Shown here: positions 48,538 through 59,600 of the stretch, piece after piece
Position numbering within the stretch: position 1 is the stretch's first letter
How the letters are laid out: each line of letters opens with the position of its first letter
Origin: Candidatus Latescibacterota bacterium
GTDB lineage: Bacteria > Latescibacterota > UBA2968 > UBA8231
Assembly (NCBI GenBank): GCA_965203175.1
Contig: OZ241867.1
Coordinates: forward strand, 3,776,001 to 3,840,000
DNA: 64,000 nt
Direction of reading: 5' to 3'
Notes under the pieces: generated by a model
What the model saw: only the letters and a program-made list of their open reading frames with translations
The model's database searches: none
Told to the model about the DNA's origin: nothing
Position numbers and translations under genes: made by a program

Positions 48538-50832
48538 TCAAATGCTGTCGTCAATCTCGCGGATCAAAGCGGCTAAGCGCCCTAGGCATACGGTGAGAAA
48601 AATCTCTTGGGCAACGGGCGACTCTTGCCGCACCGGGCTGTTGATGAAGCGGCCGATGGCGATGAGGACTACGTACACCGAGAGTACATCATAGGCTTGG
48701 TCACTGGTGGCAGAGAGTCCGTCGCGCACGGTGCGCACGACCTGCCGCATGGCCTCGACTAGCGCCTCGGCCTTTTCCTCTTCATAAGCGACTACCACCT
48801 CCCGGCACAGGGCCTTTAACTGCGCGCGGTCTTCGGTGTCGATACAGTGAGCCGCGCCCAAGGTGTCCGTTGCTCGGCGCAGCAGGCGGGTGATGGCGGC
48901 GACGCGGTCAGTATCCTCGCGCGAGAGCAAGCGGTAGAACTGGTCGCCAGCGCCTAGTGCGCGGCAGACCCCGTTGAGTAGCTGTAAGCGCACGGCCGGG
49001 GAGGGGAAGTCGGGCAAGTGGCCTAGCGCAGGTCTGACGATGCGGCGGTCCTGACGATCGCCGAGGACGTCGACCAGCGTCGGGAACGTCAGAGGGTCGA
49101 AATCGCTGCCAAAGTGCCAGAATAGTAGCTCGTGGACTTCGTCCCCACGGAGGCTGGCTAGGCCGCGGATAGCGCTGATGCGCACCCGGGGATCGGCGTC
49201 GTCCAGTGCCTCGACCAGCGGATCGATGCTCGTGGAGGATCCGAGGCGGCCTAGGGCCTCGGCGGCTTCGCTGCGGATGTCCGAGGCCCCGTCGAGCAAC
49301 TCGCGCACCAAAGGTTCGGTGGCGCTTTCCGACCGGCTTTCGCCCAAGGCGCGGGCCGCGGCGCGGCGCACCCGGGGGCTGGCGTCGGCCAGCGCCTGGA
49401 CCAATTGCTCAATGGCGAGGGGGTTGCCCGAACGGCCTAGGGCCTCGGCCGCGCGCGCTCTGGTTCCCTCGGCCGTGGCTAGGCTGAAAATGGTGGCGTT
49501 GTACGCGTAGCTGAGAACATTACCGCGCAGCATCCGCGAGAGTAGGCTGCGCGAAGTTGCGCTCCGTGCGTCCTTGACAGTGCGGAGGATGAACAAAGGC
49601 ACTAGCCGGACCAAGGCGCTGAGGGCAAAGATGACTTGCAAATCGCCCATGGGCACGCCGAACACGGAAAAGCTCAAGCCCTCTAATTGGGCGACGAGCA
49701 GGCCGCCCAACAAGGGGCCGAGCGCACCCATTAAGTTGACCGTCACCGACCAAGTTGCTAGATACATCGTGCGTCTCTCGCCTTGAGGCAGCAGACCGTA
49801 GAGCAGGGGGTTGATGCCCACTCCGATCCCGGAGAATAGAATGCCGCTCAGGACCAAGGCCACAGGTACCAAGTGGTAAGCCCCTGGCTGATTAAAGGTC
49901 CAGATAAGAGGCAGGAACGCGGCCGGCGTCATCAGAATTTGCAGGACAGGTCTGGCACCGAAGCGGTCGATGAGGCCAGCCCAGAGCCGGTAGCCAGCAA
50001 TGCTGGTCAGCATGAACAGGGCGTTGAAAATCGAGACCTCGGTATAGGAGATCTGCAGGCGGTCGAGCATGAAGACGCTGTAGAGCGGTCCAGCTAGCCC
50101 AATGCCAAAAGTCCACAGGCCAAAAAAGAGAGCGGCGCGGCGGAAGTTGGCGTCGTAGAAGGGCTGCACGAGGTCGCGCAAGCGCGTGCTTTGTTCGTCG
50201 CTGGCGGTTGTCTGTTGGGGAAAGGGGGCGCGGAGGAGGTTTAAGTAGCCCAAGAATCCAAAGAGCGACCCGGCGGCAAAGACCCAGACAAAGCCGCCTC
50301 CGTCGGGGAAAAGGTCGAGGAACTGGCCGATCGCGAAACCGGCAATCATAGCTACTATGGTACTGACGATGGTCTGGCGGCTGGCAAAGCGCGCGCGGAT
50401 ATTCTCCGGCACGGCGTTGGCGATCCAAGTGCTGTAAAAGGGAGAAATCGCATAGCCGCCGAACATGCTGAGGCAGACCATGGCGACCAAGGCTGGAAGA
50501 CGGTACTGCTCTGGGACGAAGAGGGGGATGATCAGCGGTAGCCCGCGGAAGGCGATTTCCACGTAGCCACCAACGACGACAAAGCGCTTCTTGTTGCGGA
50601 CGCGGGCGCTCAACAGGGGAGCGAGCAATTGCGTCAAAGCGAGGAAGTACGCGGCAGAGGTGAAGAGGGCGATAAAGGCACCGTCGGCACCTAAGTACAG
50701 CGCAAAGCCGGTAAAGGCCGCCGTTCCCAACCCGCAGGCTTGCCCCCAAGCACCCCACAAGCCGCTGGCGACGACGAAGGACCGGAGGGCGCGATGCACT
50801 TGGCCGCGCGAGAGAGAAGGTGCATTTTGCAT
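48538..50832 (-). CDS. MFS transporter fused to C-terminal HEAT repeats
   Basis: About 12 TM segments with a GLIDRFGAR motif, followed by LxD....VR..AA.ALG repeats. Confidence 0.82.
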   Translation of the reverse strand: MQNAPSLSRGQVHRALRSFVVASGLWGAWGQACGLGTAAFTGFALYLGADGAFIALFTSAAYFLALTQLLAPLLSARVRNKKRFVVVGGYVEIAFRGLPLIIPLFVPEQYRLPALVAMVCLSMFGGYAISPFYSTWIANAVPENIRARFASRQTIVSTIVAMIAGFAIGQFLDLFPDGGGFVWVFAAGSLFGFLGYLNLLRAPFPQQTTASDEQSTRLRDLVQPFYDANFRRAALFFGLWTFGIGLAGPLYSVFMLDRLQISYTEVSIFNALFMLTSIAGYRLWAGLIDRFGARPVLQILMTPAAFLPLIWTFNQPGAYHLVPVALVLSGILFSGIGVGINPLLYGLLPQGERRTMYLATWSVTVNLMGALGPLLGGLLVAQLEGLSFSVFGVPMGDLQVIFALSALVRLVPLFILRTVKDARSATSRSLLSRMLRGNVLSYAYNATIFSLATAEGTRARAAEALGRSGNPLAIEQLVQALADASPRVRRAAARALGESRSESATEPLVRELLDGASDIRSEAAEALGRLGSSTSIDPLVEALDDADPRVRISAIRGLASLRGDEVHELLFWHFGSDFDPLTFPTLVDVLGDRQDRRIVRPALGHLPDFPSPAVRLQLLNGVCRALGAGDQFYRLLSREDTDRVAAITRLLRRATDTLGAAHCIDTEDRAQLKALCREVVVAYEEEKAEALVEAMRQVVRTVRDGLSATSDQAYDVLSVYVVLIAIGRFINSPVRQESPVAQEIFLTVCLGRLAALIREIDDSI

Positions 50833-50933
50833 AGTGAAAAAATATCGTTGCGATGGCAGAAATGGGCAACGAATGTTGCCCGTAGTTCTCTGTTTGACTT
50901 TAAGTTAGCCCACGCGAACAAAGGAGGCGAATT

Positions 50934-51740
50934 ATGGCACTCAAGATGGGATACGCGACCCTGCGCTGGCGGCAGCCGGATTTGGCAAAGGCTCTGCCCG
51001 AGCTCAAAAAGGCCGGTTGGGACGGCTGGGAGGGACGGTTGCCTCTCGACTGGCTGGGGCCGCCGCAGCGGCTGAAGCAAGTGTGCGAAGACGCGGATAT
51101 GCCGCTGTGCGTATTTACGGCTAGTGGCTCGCCTGAAGACCGCGACTGGGAGCACACGGAGCGCAACAAGCGGCGGATGGATTTCGCCGCGGAGATGGGC
51201 GTGGATTGCTTCATGTTTATGAGCGGTCGCAAGCCAGAGGGACGGCCAGCGGAACGCGCTGATATCGAGCGGGCGGCCGAGGGGGCCGAGCAATGGGCCG
51301 AGTACGCCGCTCAGTACGGGCTGGAGCTAAGCTACCACATCCACACCAACTTGCTGGTGGATTCGGCCGAGGATTGGCGGCTGTACATGAGTTTGCTGGA
51401 CAAAACGCGGCTGTGCATTGATGTCTCGCACGCCGAGTTGTGGGACTATGATCCGGTGCAGTCGCTGACGGACTTTTGGGATCAGCTCAACTACGTCCAC
51501 CTACAGGATTATACGTCTTGCACGGTGCGCGAGCCGGGACGCTACAATCCCGAGTGGGTTTCAGTCGGCGAGGGCGAGTGCCTCGACTTTGCCGGGGTGC
51601 TCAACACGCTCGCCGAGCGGGGCTTTGATCGCTGGGTGACCAGTTGTCCAGGCGAGCCGGCCTACGAGGGCGAGGACCCAGTCAGCGAGGCGCGGCGGAG
51701 TGCGGGGATGCGCCAGTATTTGCGCGGGTTGGGGTACTAG
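50934..51740 (+). CDS. Sugar-phosphate isomerase/epimerase TIM-barrel protein (IolE/AP-endonuclease-2-like)
   Basis: GWDGWE, YHIH, CIDVSH, YVHLQD, GEG..DF; AAGGAGG RBS. Confidence 0.78.
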   Translation: MALKMGYATLRWRQPDLAKALPELKKAGWDGWEGRLPLDWLGPPQRLKQVCEDADMPLCVFTASGSPEDRDWEHTERNKRRMDFAAEMGVDCFMFMSGRKPEGRPAERADIERAAEGAEQWAEYAAQYGLELSYHIHTNLLVDSAEDWRLYMSLLDKTRLCIDVSHAELWDYDPVQSLTDFWDQLNYVHLQDYTSCTVREPGRYNPEWVSVGEGECLDFAGVLNTLAERGFDRWVTSCPGEPAYEGEDPVSEARRSAGMRQYLRGLGY

Positions 51741-53986
51741 GGCACCTTGAACATGTGCCGCAGTTGGTCGGCCAGTTCTTTGGTTTTTTCCATCGTCTGT
51801 TGCTGCATGCGGTGTTGCCGCTTTAGGTGCTGGTAGCGCGCGTACTCGGCATCGGCGCGTTCGCGCTGACCCATTTTGAGCAGGAGATGGGATAGGGCCC
51901 GACGGGCCTGCAGATCGCGGGGATGGTGTTGCAAGATGCGCTCAAAGCGCTGGAGGGCTTGGCGGTACTGACCTTGGTTGGCCTCTAAGGTACCCATACT
52001 GCGCAAGGCGTGCACATTGTCGGGGTCGAGTGCCAGCGCCGCGAGTAAATGACCTTTGGCTGTTTCCTCATCCCCCCGCTTTAGCAGCAGATCGGCTAAA
52101 TGGCACAACCCGGCGAGATGATCGGGTTGCTGGACTATCAGTTGCTGATAGGCTTGTTCGGCGCGTTCGGGCTGGCCCTGGTTTTCGTATAGCTGGCCTA
52201 GCAGGTAGTGAGCCGACTGGGAGCCTAGTTCGAGTGCGCGGAGGTAAGCCGCTTCGGCTTGCGCCAGCCGACCGGCCGCGGCTTCGACTCGACCGAGGCG
52301 GAGGTAGAGGTGGGCTTGATCAGGTTGCCGCACTAAGAGTTTTTGGTACTCGACCGCTGATTCTTGAGCTTGGCCCCGTAGCCGGAGGAAATCGGCGAAC
52401 TGGAGGCGGACGTCGTCTTGGTCGGGATGGTGGTCGAGGAATTGCCGCCACGTGTGGGCGGCATCATCGTAGCGCTGGGTCGCCCCGTACATATGGGCGA
52501 GGCCCAGCAGGGCGTGGCGATGGGACGGGTCCAGTTCGACGGCGCGGCGGTAGTGCTGCAAGGCGTTGGTCTTCATGCCTTTGTTCTCATAGACAGCCGC
52601 CAGCGAGTAGTGGTGAAAAGCGGCCACGTGCGGACTGGTCGCCGCGGTCCCGGCGTTGGTGACCAACAGCAGTACGGCAAGGGCACCAGCCGACAGATAC
52701 AAGGCTCTATGGCGCAAATCAGCCAAGGTGCAAGCGCCATAGGCGGCCAGCAGCAAGAGGCAGGGCACGGCTGGCAAGCGATAGCGGCCCGTGACGAAAA
52801 ACAACACCACCGACAGCATGTAGACTCCCGCAAAGAGCAAGACGAGATAGGTTGCCGGGGTGCGGCGTTCCGGTTTGAGCAGGACATAGGCCGCCCCGAG
52901 CAGGGCGAGGGCCGAAACTAGACCAAAGGGGAATGCGAGGCCGTACTTCCACAGCAAAAGGCGCAACAGCGGCGAGTACTCAGCGGCGAAGTACGGATCG
53001 GTATTGCGGGGGATCTCAGCCCCGTGCCAAAACAGATAGCCCTTGTGCAAAAGCAGGGCCAAATAGTCCCCCGGCTCGGTGCGTATATATTCCCAAGCTT
53101 TGCCCAAAAGGTAGTTCGAGCCAGCTCCCGGCTGGGTGATGCCGGCCTCGCGTTGCGGCAAGTCAACTACCTCGCTCCACCCGGCTCCGGGCCGCGCCCC
53201 TACGGTGCGGTCGTAGTCTGGATTGTTGCCGAGGTAGAAGTTGACACCCGCGTTGAAGGAGATGAGCACCCACTCGCCACCGACGATGCGGTTGCGCAGA
53301 GTCACCGGGCCTACCAGCATCAGCAGACCGACGGCAAAGATCGCTAGGTGGAGGGCGCGGCGACGCATTGCCGCAGCAGGCCACCAGCGATACACCCACC
53401 AAGCCGCCACCGGCGCAAAGAGCAACACGTTCGGCACGGCCAAGGTGCCCAGTCCTAGGGCGAGTCCGGCGACAAGCGCGGGAAGGGCTCCGCCTTGGCG
53501 CTGGCCCCACAACAAGACCAACAGCAGGACCGCGTCGAAAAGCACGGCCCAAGTCGTGGGCAAAAGTTCGCCCTCAAAATAGAGGAAGGGGCCGTACAGC
53601 GCCGCTCCGAGGGCCGCTATCCAACCCACCGTCGGCGAGAAGACCTCGCGACCTAGCTTGAAGACGATCAGGCAAGTAGCCGTGCCAGCTAGGGCTTGGA
53701 GCAGACGCGGCAGGTAGTAGTTTTCGCCAAAAAAAGAAAAGAGAACGGCTAGGAAATAGGGGTAAAAAGGAGCCTGCCAGAACGGCATAGGACGCCCAGC
53801 CCAAGTGCCGGTCGCCAGTTCGCGGGCGTATTCGGTATAGCTTCTGGCATCGACAATGGGCGTGTCGAAAAAAGGGCTGTCGGCGGCTTGGAACAGGTAA
53901 ACTAAGCGCAAGCCTAGGGCCAAGACGGCTAGGGCGACCAGCTTGGGCCAGTGCAGCGCAAGCGCCTTACTTACCCAGGCCAGCAT
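51737..53986 (-). CDS. GT-C (PMT_2/ArnT-like) membrane glycosyltransferase fused to C-terminal TPR repeats
   Basis: D..SY...A, PFYPYFLA, RN...G..V.IS.N.G.NF..GN and RYRLP motifs; many TM segments; TPR array at the C-terminus. Start overlaps the 3' end of the 886-aa gene. Confidence 0.82.
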   Translation of the reverse strand: MLAWVSKALALHWPKLVALAVLALGLRLVYLFQAADSPFFDTPIVDARSYTEYARELATGTWAGRPMPFWQAPFYPYFLAVLFSFFGENYYLPRLLQALAGTATCLIVFKLGREVFSPTVGWIAALGAALYGPFLYFEGELLPTTWAVLFDAVLLLVLLWGQRQGGALPALVAGLALGLGTLAVPNVLLFAPVAAWWVYRWWPAAAMRRRALHLAIFAVGLLMLVGPVTLRNRIVGGEWVLISFNAGVNFYLGNNPDYDRTVGARPGAGWSEVVDLPQREAGITQPGAGSNYLLGKAWEYIRTEPGDYLALLLHKGYLFWHGAEIPRNTDPYFAAEYSPLLRLLLWKYGLAFPFGLVSALALLGAAYVLLKPERRTPATYLVLLFAGVYMLSVVLFFVTGRYRLPAVPCLLLLAAYGACTLADLRHRALYLSAGALAVLLLVTNAGTAATSPHVAAFHHYSLAAVYENKGMKTNALQHYRRAVELDPSHRHALLGLAHMYGATQRYDDAAHTWRQFLDHHPDQDDVRLQFADFLRLRGQAQESAVEYQKLLVRQPDQAHLYLRLGRVEAAAGRLAQAEAAYLRALELGSQSAHYLLGQLYENQGQPERAEQAYQQLIVQQPDHLAGLCHLADLLLKRGDEETAKGHLLAALALDPDNVHALRSMGTLEANQGQYRQALQRFERILQHHPRDLQARRALSHLLLKMGQRERADAEYARYQHLKRQHRMQQQTMEKTKELADQLRHMFKVP

Positions 53987-56627
53987 ATAGGGTGATAAAG
54001 CCCTGGGTCAGGATTTCCGATTCGCGTTCGATGCTCTTGAAATCGCGCCAATCTGCTTTGAGACCCACTTGAGCGGATACCTCGTAGCCCAAATAGGAAC
54101 TCACATTGGATAGCTGTAAGGCTCCGGCGACCCCGGTGAAATCATTGTTGTCGCGCTTCATATCGTTGGCGAAAGAATACTCAATTCCAGTTTGAATGCG
54201 GGTGTTGTTGAGGATGGGAAATCCCAAGAGGAATCCCACTATCTCGGTCAGCACCGTCTCCTCGTCGGCAGTAAACAGCCCCACGGTCTGGCGACGGTAT
54301 TCGCTTTTCCAACGCGGCTCGAGTTGGACGGTACCCAGATCGTAGCGGTAGCTGAATTTGTTGATGACGCCAAAGAAGGAGTCTGTCTCGCGCAGGGCTG
54401 CTTCGTCGCGCTGGTGAAAAAGCTCCAAGTTGAGATAATTATACGCCTCCAAGCCCCCTCGGTTGTAGTTGTGTCCGATCCAAGTGGTATTAATCCAAGT
54501 GTCTTGGGCTAAAAGAGGATCTACTACTTTTTGCAATTGGCCGTCGCGCTGCGTGTTTTCGGGGAACCACTGGAGTAGGTCGTCCGGGATATTGTCCTGA
54601 GCTAGCTTGAGCATCTGCATGAAGCGGAAGCGCCCTTGTTGGGGATTGTCCCGGTCTAGGCTGAACAGGGCGTAGGAAGTGTGGTTGCGCTTGTCGGCTG
54701 AGATCAATTCCTCGCGCAGGTGCCCGATGGTAAGGCGAATGTCTGGGGTCAGTCGGTATCCCGTATAGACGTTGAAGCCTCGGTGGTCTTTCTGATAGGG
54801 GTAGTCTGGGGATTCGTCGTTTTCAAAGCGGTCAACCCACAGGTTATTGTTCATGTCGATCCCGTAGAGGAAGTCGGGTCGGTCCACGCGGTGTCTGAGA
54901 AAGGCTTCGTCGTAGTCGGGAATGCCATTGGAGATGGTTAGGTTGTCGTTTTGGTTGAAGTCAGAGATGAAGTCGTAGTTCTCGTCCCAGCCGGGGAAGA
55001 CCCGGCGGTCGCCGGCTTGGGAATCGGCGCGGACTAAGTCGGGTGCGCGGTCTTGGTCGTCGTTGTCTTCTACTAGCTCCACCACGTGGAAGCGCTCGTT
55101 TTCGTAGTCTATATTGCCGGCCGAACCAGTGACAAAGGTGCGGGTGTTGTAGAGCGGGTCCATGCTGTACGCTTCACCAAAAAAGAACCAAGGATGGGCC
55201 ACCTTGGACAGGTTGATCATCCAAGCCGGCTCGACCTGCTCCCCAGCCACGCCCGCCGAAGTGGTGTGGCTGGTCCGCGTCACGCTGGGATATTTGCGGT
55301 AGGCTATACTCAGATCGTACTCGCCGTAGAAGTTGAAACCGGCCACATCCCGCAGCTCTAGGGTGGCTCCGATAATTTGGGTCGCCGTGGGCAGGCCGTA
55401 CTCGAATTTGAGGATGCGCAGGTTGGTGTTGTCCTGCACATTGCCCTCGGCCTGCGCTACCAATAGCAGCACGGGTTCGTCGCTGCGGTTGGTTTGGTTA
55501 TTGGACGTCATCCACACCTGATAGTCGTTGCCAATAGTCATTTCGAACTCGACTTTGGCGATTTCTTCTTTGGGACCCGAGGCCCGGTTGACGAAGGCGG
55601 GCGTGTCAAAGTCGTAGAGCAGGCGGATCTCTTCGGACCCATCGGCCGAGATGAAGCCTTCTTGGACGAATCCCCCTTGGATGGCTGGTTCAAAGCGGAT
55701 TTCTCGGCCGTGGTCAACAGTGCCGTCGTTGTAGGTAATGATGATGTCCGAACCCACTGGGAAGAAGGCGGCTCCACCGCTGCCGTCTGCGGGCGAGTCG
55801 TCGCGTAGAACAAGTTCGATAAAGGAAACGGTTTGGTTCTGGTCAACCGTCAAAGCCCCGGCAATGGGGTTGCCCTTAAAGCCGTCGCGCAGAGTATTGG
55901 ACTGGTGAGTGTTGACGAAGTGAACACCCATTTCGGTGAAGTCGCCGATCTGCGCGGTGGCCCGACCGCCCATTAGCGTGGTGAGGTTGGTGGTGAGGAC
56001 TTCGGTGTTGTCGGTCGAAGCCCCACCGGGCGAACTAAGGCGCGAGTAGATGACGGTGCCTTGGTACTTGTCGGTGGCTATGTCGAACTGGACTCCGTCC
56101 CAAAAGGGTTTGGAAAAGCTCATGGGGGTGAGCGTGGTGCGCAGGCGATTCGACACCGTCAGGGCGTAGTGATACTGACCCTTGCTGTCCGAGGCAATAG
56201 CCACGCCCGAAAACCAGTTGTTAAAGCGAGAGGCCTTGACCAGCGAACTGCCAAATTGCCGCGGCTGAGTCTGCGAGTTGCTAAATATGAGCCAGCCACG
56301 GGTGATGGCGTTGCCAAATAGGTCGTAGTAGTAGTCGCCCTCTAGCCGGATATCGACGTAGCGCTGGTACAGGTTGCGGGCGTAGTTGCTGTACTCCCAC
56401 TGGCGCCAGCGGTACTCGTTGTAGAGTTCCTGCGGCACGTACCACTTTTTAATGGCCGGATCCAGCGCGTCGAAGAGGACGCCTGGGCCATAAGGGGCGT
56501 AGCTGGTCTCGCCTTCCCCTCGGGGGACGCCCAGCCGCGTGCCATAGTCGGGTTGGCTGTAGGCCGGGCTTAGCACACAGCTCAAGACTACCAAGACAGA
56601 CGCGGTATTTAGCCTTATCACTTCCAT
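53967..56627 (-). CDS. Conserved ~890-aa secreted, predicted beta-barrel protein (paralog of 14911-17580)
   Basis: Signal peptide ending AYS-Q; shares GPGVLFDALDPA..KWYVPQELY.EY.WRQWEYSNYAR, EDNDDQDR.PD, DMNNN.W.DRFEND, LEPR.KSE and YAGL. Confidence 0.78.
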   Translation of the reverse strand: MEVIRLNTASVLVVLSCVLSPAYSQPDYGTRLGVPRGEGETSYAPYGPGVLFDALDPAIKKWYVPQELYNEYRWRQWEYSNYARNLYQRYVDIRLEGDYYYDLFGNAITRGWLIFSNSQTQPRQFGSSLVKASRFNNWFSGVAIASDSKGQYHYALTVSNRLRTTLTPMSFSKPFWDGVQFDIATDKYQGTVIYSRLSSPGGASTDNTEVLTTNLTTLMGGRATAQIGDFTEMGVHFVNTHQSNTLRDGFKGNPIAGALTVDQNQTVSFIELVLRDDSPADGSGGAAFFPVGSDIIITYNDGTVDHGREIRFEPAIQGGFVQEGFISADGSEEIRLLYDFDTPAFVNRASGPKEEIAKVEFEMTIGNDYQVWMTSNNQTNRSDEPVLLLVAQAEGNVQDNTNLRILKFEYGLPTATQIIGATLELRDVAGFNFYGEYDLSIAYRKYPSVTRTSHTTSAGVAGEQVEPAWMINLSKVAHPWFFFGEAYSMDPLYNTRTFVTGSAGNIDYENERFHVVELVEDNDDQDRAPDLVRADSQAGDRRVFPGWDENYDFISDFNQNDNLTISNGIPDYDEAFLRHRVDRPDFLYGIDMNNNLWVDRFENDESPDYPYQKDHRGFNVYTGYRLTPDIRLTIGHLREELISADKRNHTSYALFSLDRDNPQQGRFRFMQMLKLAQDNIPDDLLQWFPENTQRDGQLQKVVDPLLAQDTWINTTWIGHNYNRGGLEAYNYLNLELFHQRDEAALRETDSFFGVINKFSYRYDLGTVQLEPRWKSEYRRQTVGLFTADEETVLTEIVGFLLGFPILNNTRIQTGIEYSFANDMKRDNNDFTGVAGALQLSNVSSYLGYEVSAQVGLKADWRDFKSIERESEILTQGFITLYAGLGK

Positions 56628-56651
56628 AATCTTCCCTTTGACTGGTGTACA

Positions 56652-59600
56652 CTAATAGACTACGGCCACGATGCGGGCCAAGGCCGTGTCGGTGGCCCGG
56701 TCCGAATCGGCACCGAAATCAATCCGGCATATATAGAGGCCTGGCGGCACGGTGCGGTCAGCCGCATCGCGGCCGTTCCAGCGGATTTGCTGGGGGCCTC
56801 CTGACACTTGAGTGCTATTTTCCCATATCAGGCGTCCGTCCAGTGAGTAGAGGCGCAGACGCGCTTGGCGAGCTTGGGTCACTTGAAAGATGGAAAACGC
56901 GACGGTCAGTTCGTCGTTGATCCCGTCGCCATTGGGCGTAAAGGGGTTGGGAGCCAAGCTCAGGTCGCCGAGGACTTGCCCCCCCACGGGGATGCTCAGC
57001 GTCAGTTGGCGGCTGTCCGTTAGCGCAGTGGCGTCGCCTGGTTCTACTTGCTGCCACAAACTGCCGTCGGTGCCAGCGGCGGCGCGACGGACAAAAGGCT
57101 TAAAGGTGGTTCCGTTGCGAAAGATAGCAGCGGCAAAGCGCAAGTGGATCAGGGGGCCTTGGCCTAAGATGGCTCCGCGCTCGGCTCTGGGCAACGCGCG
57201 GTAGGTTGCGCGCGTCAGGGAATCGCCCAAGGCGTCAAAGGGCGATTGGGCCCCGCCGCCGCGCAGTTTGCGAAAATAGCGAATCGGCCCTTGTTCGGCT
57301 GAGGGCAAGTCATCGTACTCAGCGCGGCCAGAGACCGCTGCCAAGCCGCTGGCGGTCTGCCGCAAGAAGAGGATAGCTCCGCGCTCGGCCTCGTTGAGCA
57401 GGCCGTAGGCCACTTCTGTGATCAGGTCGCCGTCTTCGCCAACCATGACTTCGGCCCCTTGGGGGGTGATGCGGTGGTAGGTCTGAACTGCCTGCTCTGC
57501 CGGTAGGGTCTGGTGTAGTTGGGGCAGCAGGACCCAGATAGAGTCGGCGTGGTTGCGCCGCACTTGGGCGATGGCTCCAGCAGCGTCGGTCAAGTTGCCA
57601 TCGGCCGCTAGGGTAAATGTCTGCAAGGGGCTTCCGCGGCCTAGCTCTTCCTCGGTCCCTGTGCTCAGGCTCAACAGGTGCAGCGCGAGCCCGGGCGGAG
57701 CCTGCAACAGGATTTCGTCAAAGCCTGGGGTGCGGTCAGCCGCTGGTTCGTCTATGAATACCGGGCGCAGATACAGGTCGAACGTGTCTAGCTGGCCGAC
57801 CGCGGCCTGCGTGGGCCATACTTCGGCGGTGAGAGCGCGGGCTACGGGCGGGGCTAGCTCTACTTCGATCGAGCTAATTGAGGCGGCTTGCAGGCGATCT
57901 TGGCTGGTAAAGCGCACCTGCAACTGCATGTAATTGCGCAGCCCGGGGGAACGGACCCGGTCGCCCGGCTGTAGGTACTGCTGGCTCCAAGGACTCCAGC
58001 CGCTGCCGAGGGCAAAGGTGGTGTCGATGGGTCCCTTCCAACTGCTGATCAGCTTGTCCCATTCTTCTTTGGTCTTCTCGTTGCCGTTGACGTCGAAATG
58101 GCGAATTTGCTGCACCAGCAGATCGCCGGTGCGCGTCCGCACTTCCGCCGTCGTGCCGGAGGGGTGGGTACCGGGGGGCGGATCCCAGCGGATGGCCCCG
58201 AAGTTGCGCGGTCCCGGCAGGCGGATGATATCGGACACCAGTGAAGCTTGGCTGACAAACCCCTCAGTGTAGAGCAGGACTTCGGTCAGATCGTAGAAAA
58301 AGCCCGAAGTCCGCGCGATGCCCGGCAGGCGCAGGTTGAGGAAGCGGATATCTAGGGGTGGGTCAAAGCGGTCGGCGGCGCGCTTGAATCCCCCTTCCAT
58401 GCGGTCGGGTAGGCTGACCTGTCGCCACCGGAGCCGGCCATTGGGATCGCGGCTGCCGTCGGCCACCTCGGTGATGTAGCCGGGAATAAAGGGAACGGCC
58501 AAGCGCATGGCGTCGAGCCAGACGCGGGCACCAATATCGACGGTGAGAATGCCAGCGGTGGGATTGGTGCTAAACCACGCTGGCATGCGGAAGGTGGTGT
58601 TCCAGTCGCCGTCAAAGCCCCCAGCCGGGACTTCTGGTCCGGTAAAGCTAACGCTACCGCCCCCGTCAATTAGCTTAGGCGATAGGTTGTCGCCCCAGCC
58701 CCAGACTTCGACTTCGGCCAGCCGGGGCCGCTCGCGGAGATAGTACTCTTTGCGGCCCTGCTGTTCTTGGGGGAGGCTCTCGTAAATAGCCTGCTCCACT
58801 GGCTCCTCAAAGCCGACGTCGTCGCGGATGTAGTAGAGTATATCGCCTCGTTCGTCGGCCGGCAGGGCATCCCACGCCGCCTGGTCGATTTGGTGTGCCC
58901 GCCCCAGCTTGCTGTCGCCGATGAGAATGCGCACGGTTTGGGCCATGCGACCGGTCCACTCGGTGCGGTCGTCGTCGTCTTCGGAAAAGCCGGGCGTGTC
59001 CTCGGAAGAAAACGCCATGGTCCGCTGATTCGTATTGGGAGCTCGGGTTTGGCCGACCACCTTGAACTGGAGCACGCGGCTTTGGGCTTGAATGAGCTTC
59101 TGCTGGGGGGCTAGCATGACGCGGAACTGGCGGAAGGGATCGCCCAAGGTCTCATCGACAAAGTGCAGCACTACCTTCTCGACCACGACCGTGCGGCCCA
59201 AGTCGATCTCGATCCACCACTTGTCTGGCGTGGCCGCTAAGTCTGGTTCCCAAAAGGTGTCGCGGTCGCCATCGACAATGTAGGGGGCTAGGGCTTCGTT
59301 GGAGCCTACCCGGCTGACGCCGACGCGCTGGACGTAGTCGTACACCGGGAAGGCGATTTTGTCTTTAGCGCCAAATTCGCGCGTTGATTCTACCCCCGTG
59401 CGTTCGTCGCGCAGGCTTAGGGTCACGGTTTTGCCGTCGCCGCTGAGGGTGGTGTCGACGATGGTTAGGAGTCGGCCGTTGAGGGGGATCTGGCTGTGGT
59501 TGCCGGGGAAGCGTTTGAAGTCTCGGTTGAGGAATTTGATCAGTTGCTCGGCCTTGCTGACGGTAAAGCTGCCGTCTGCTTCCAGCGTCGGGGTGCGCTG

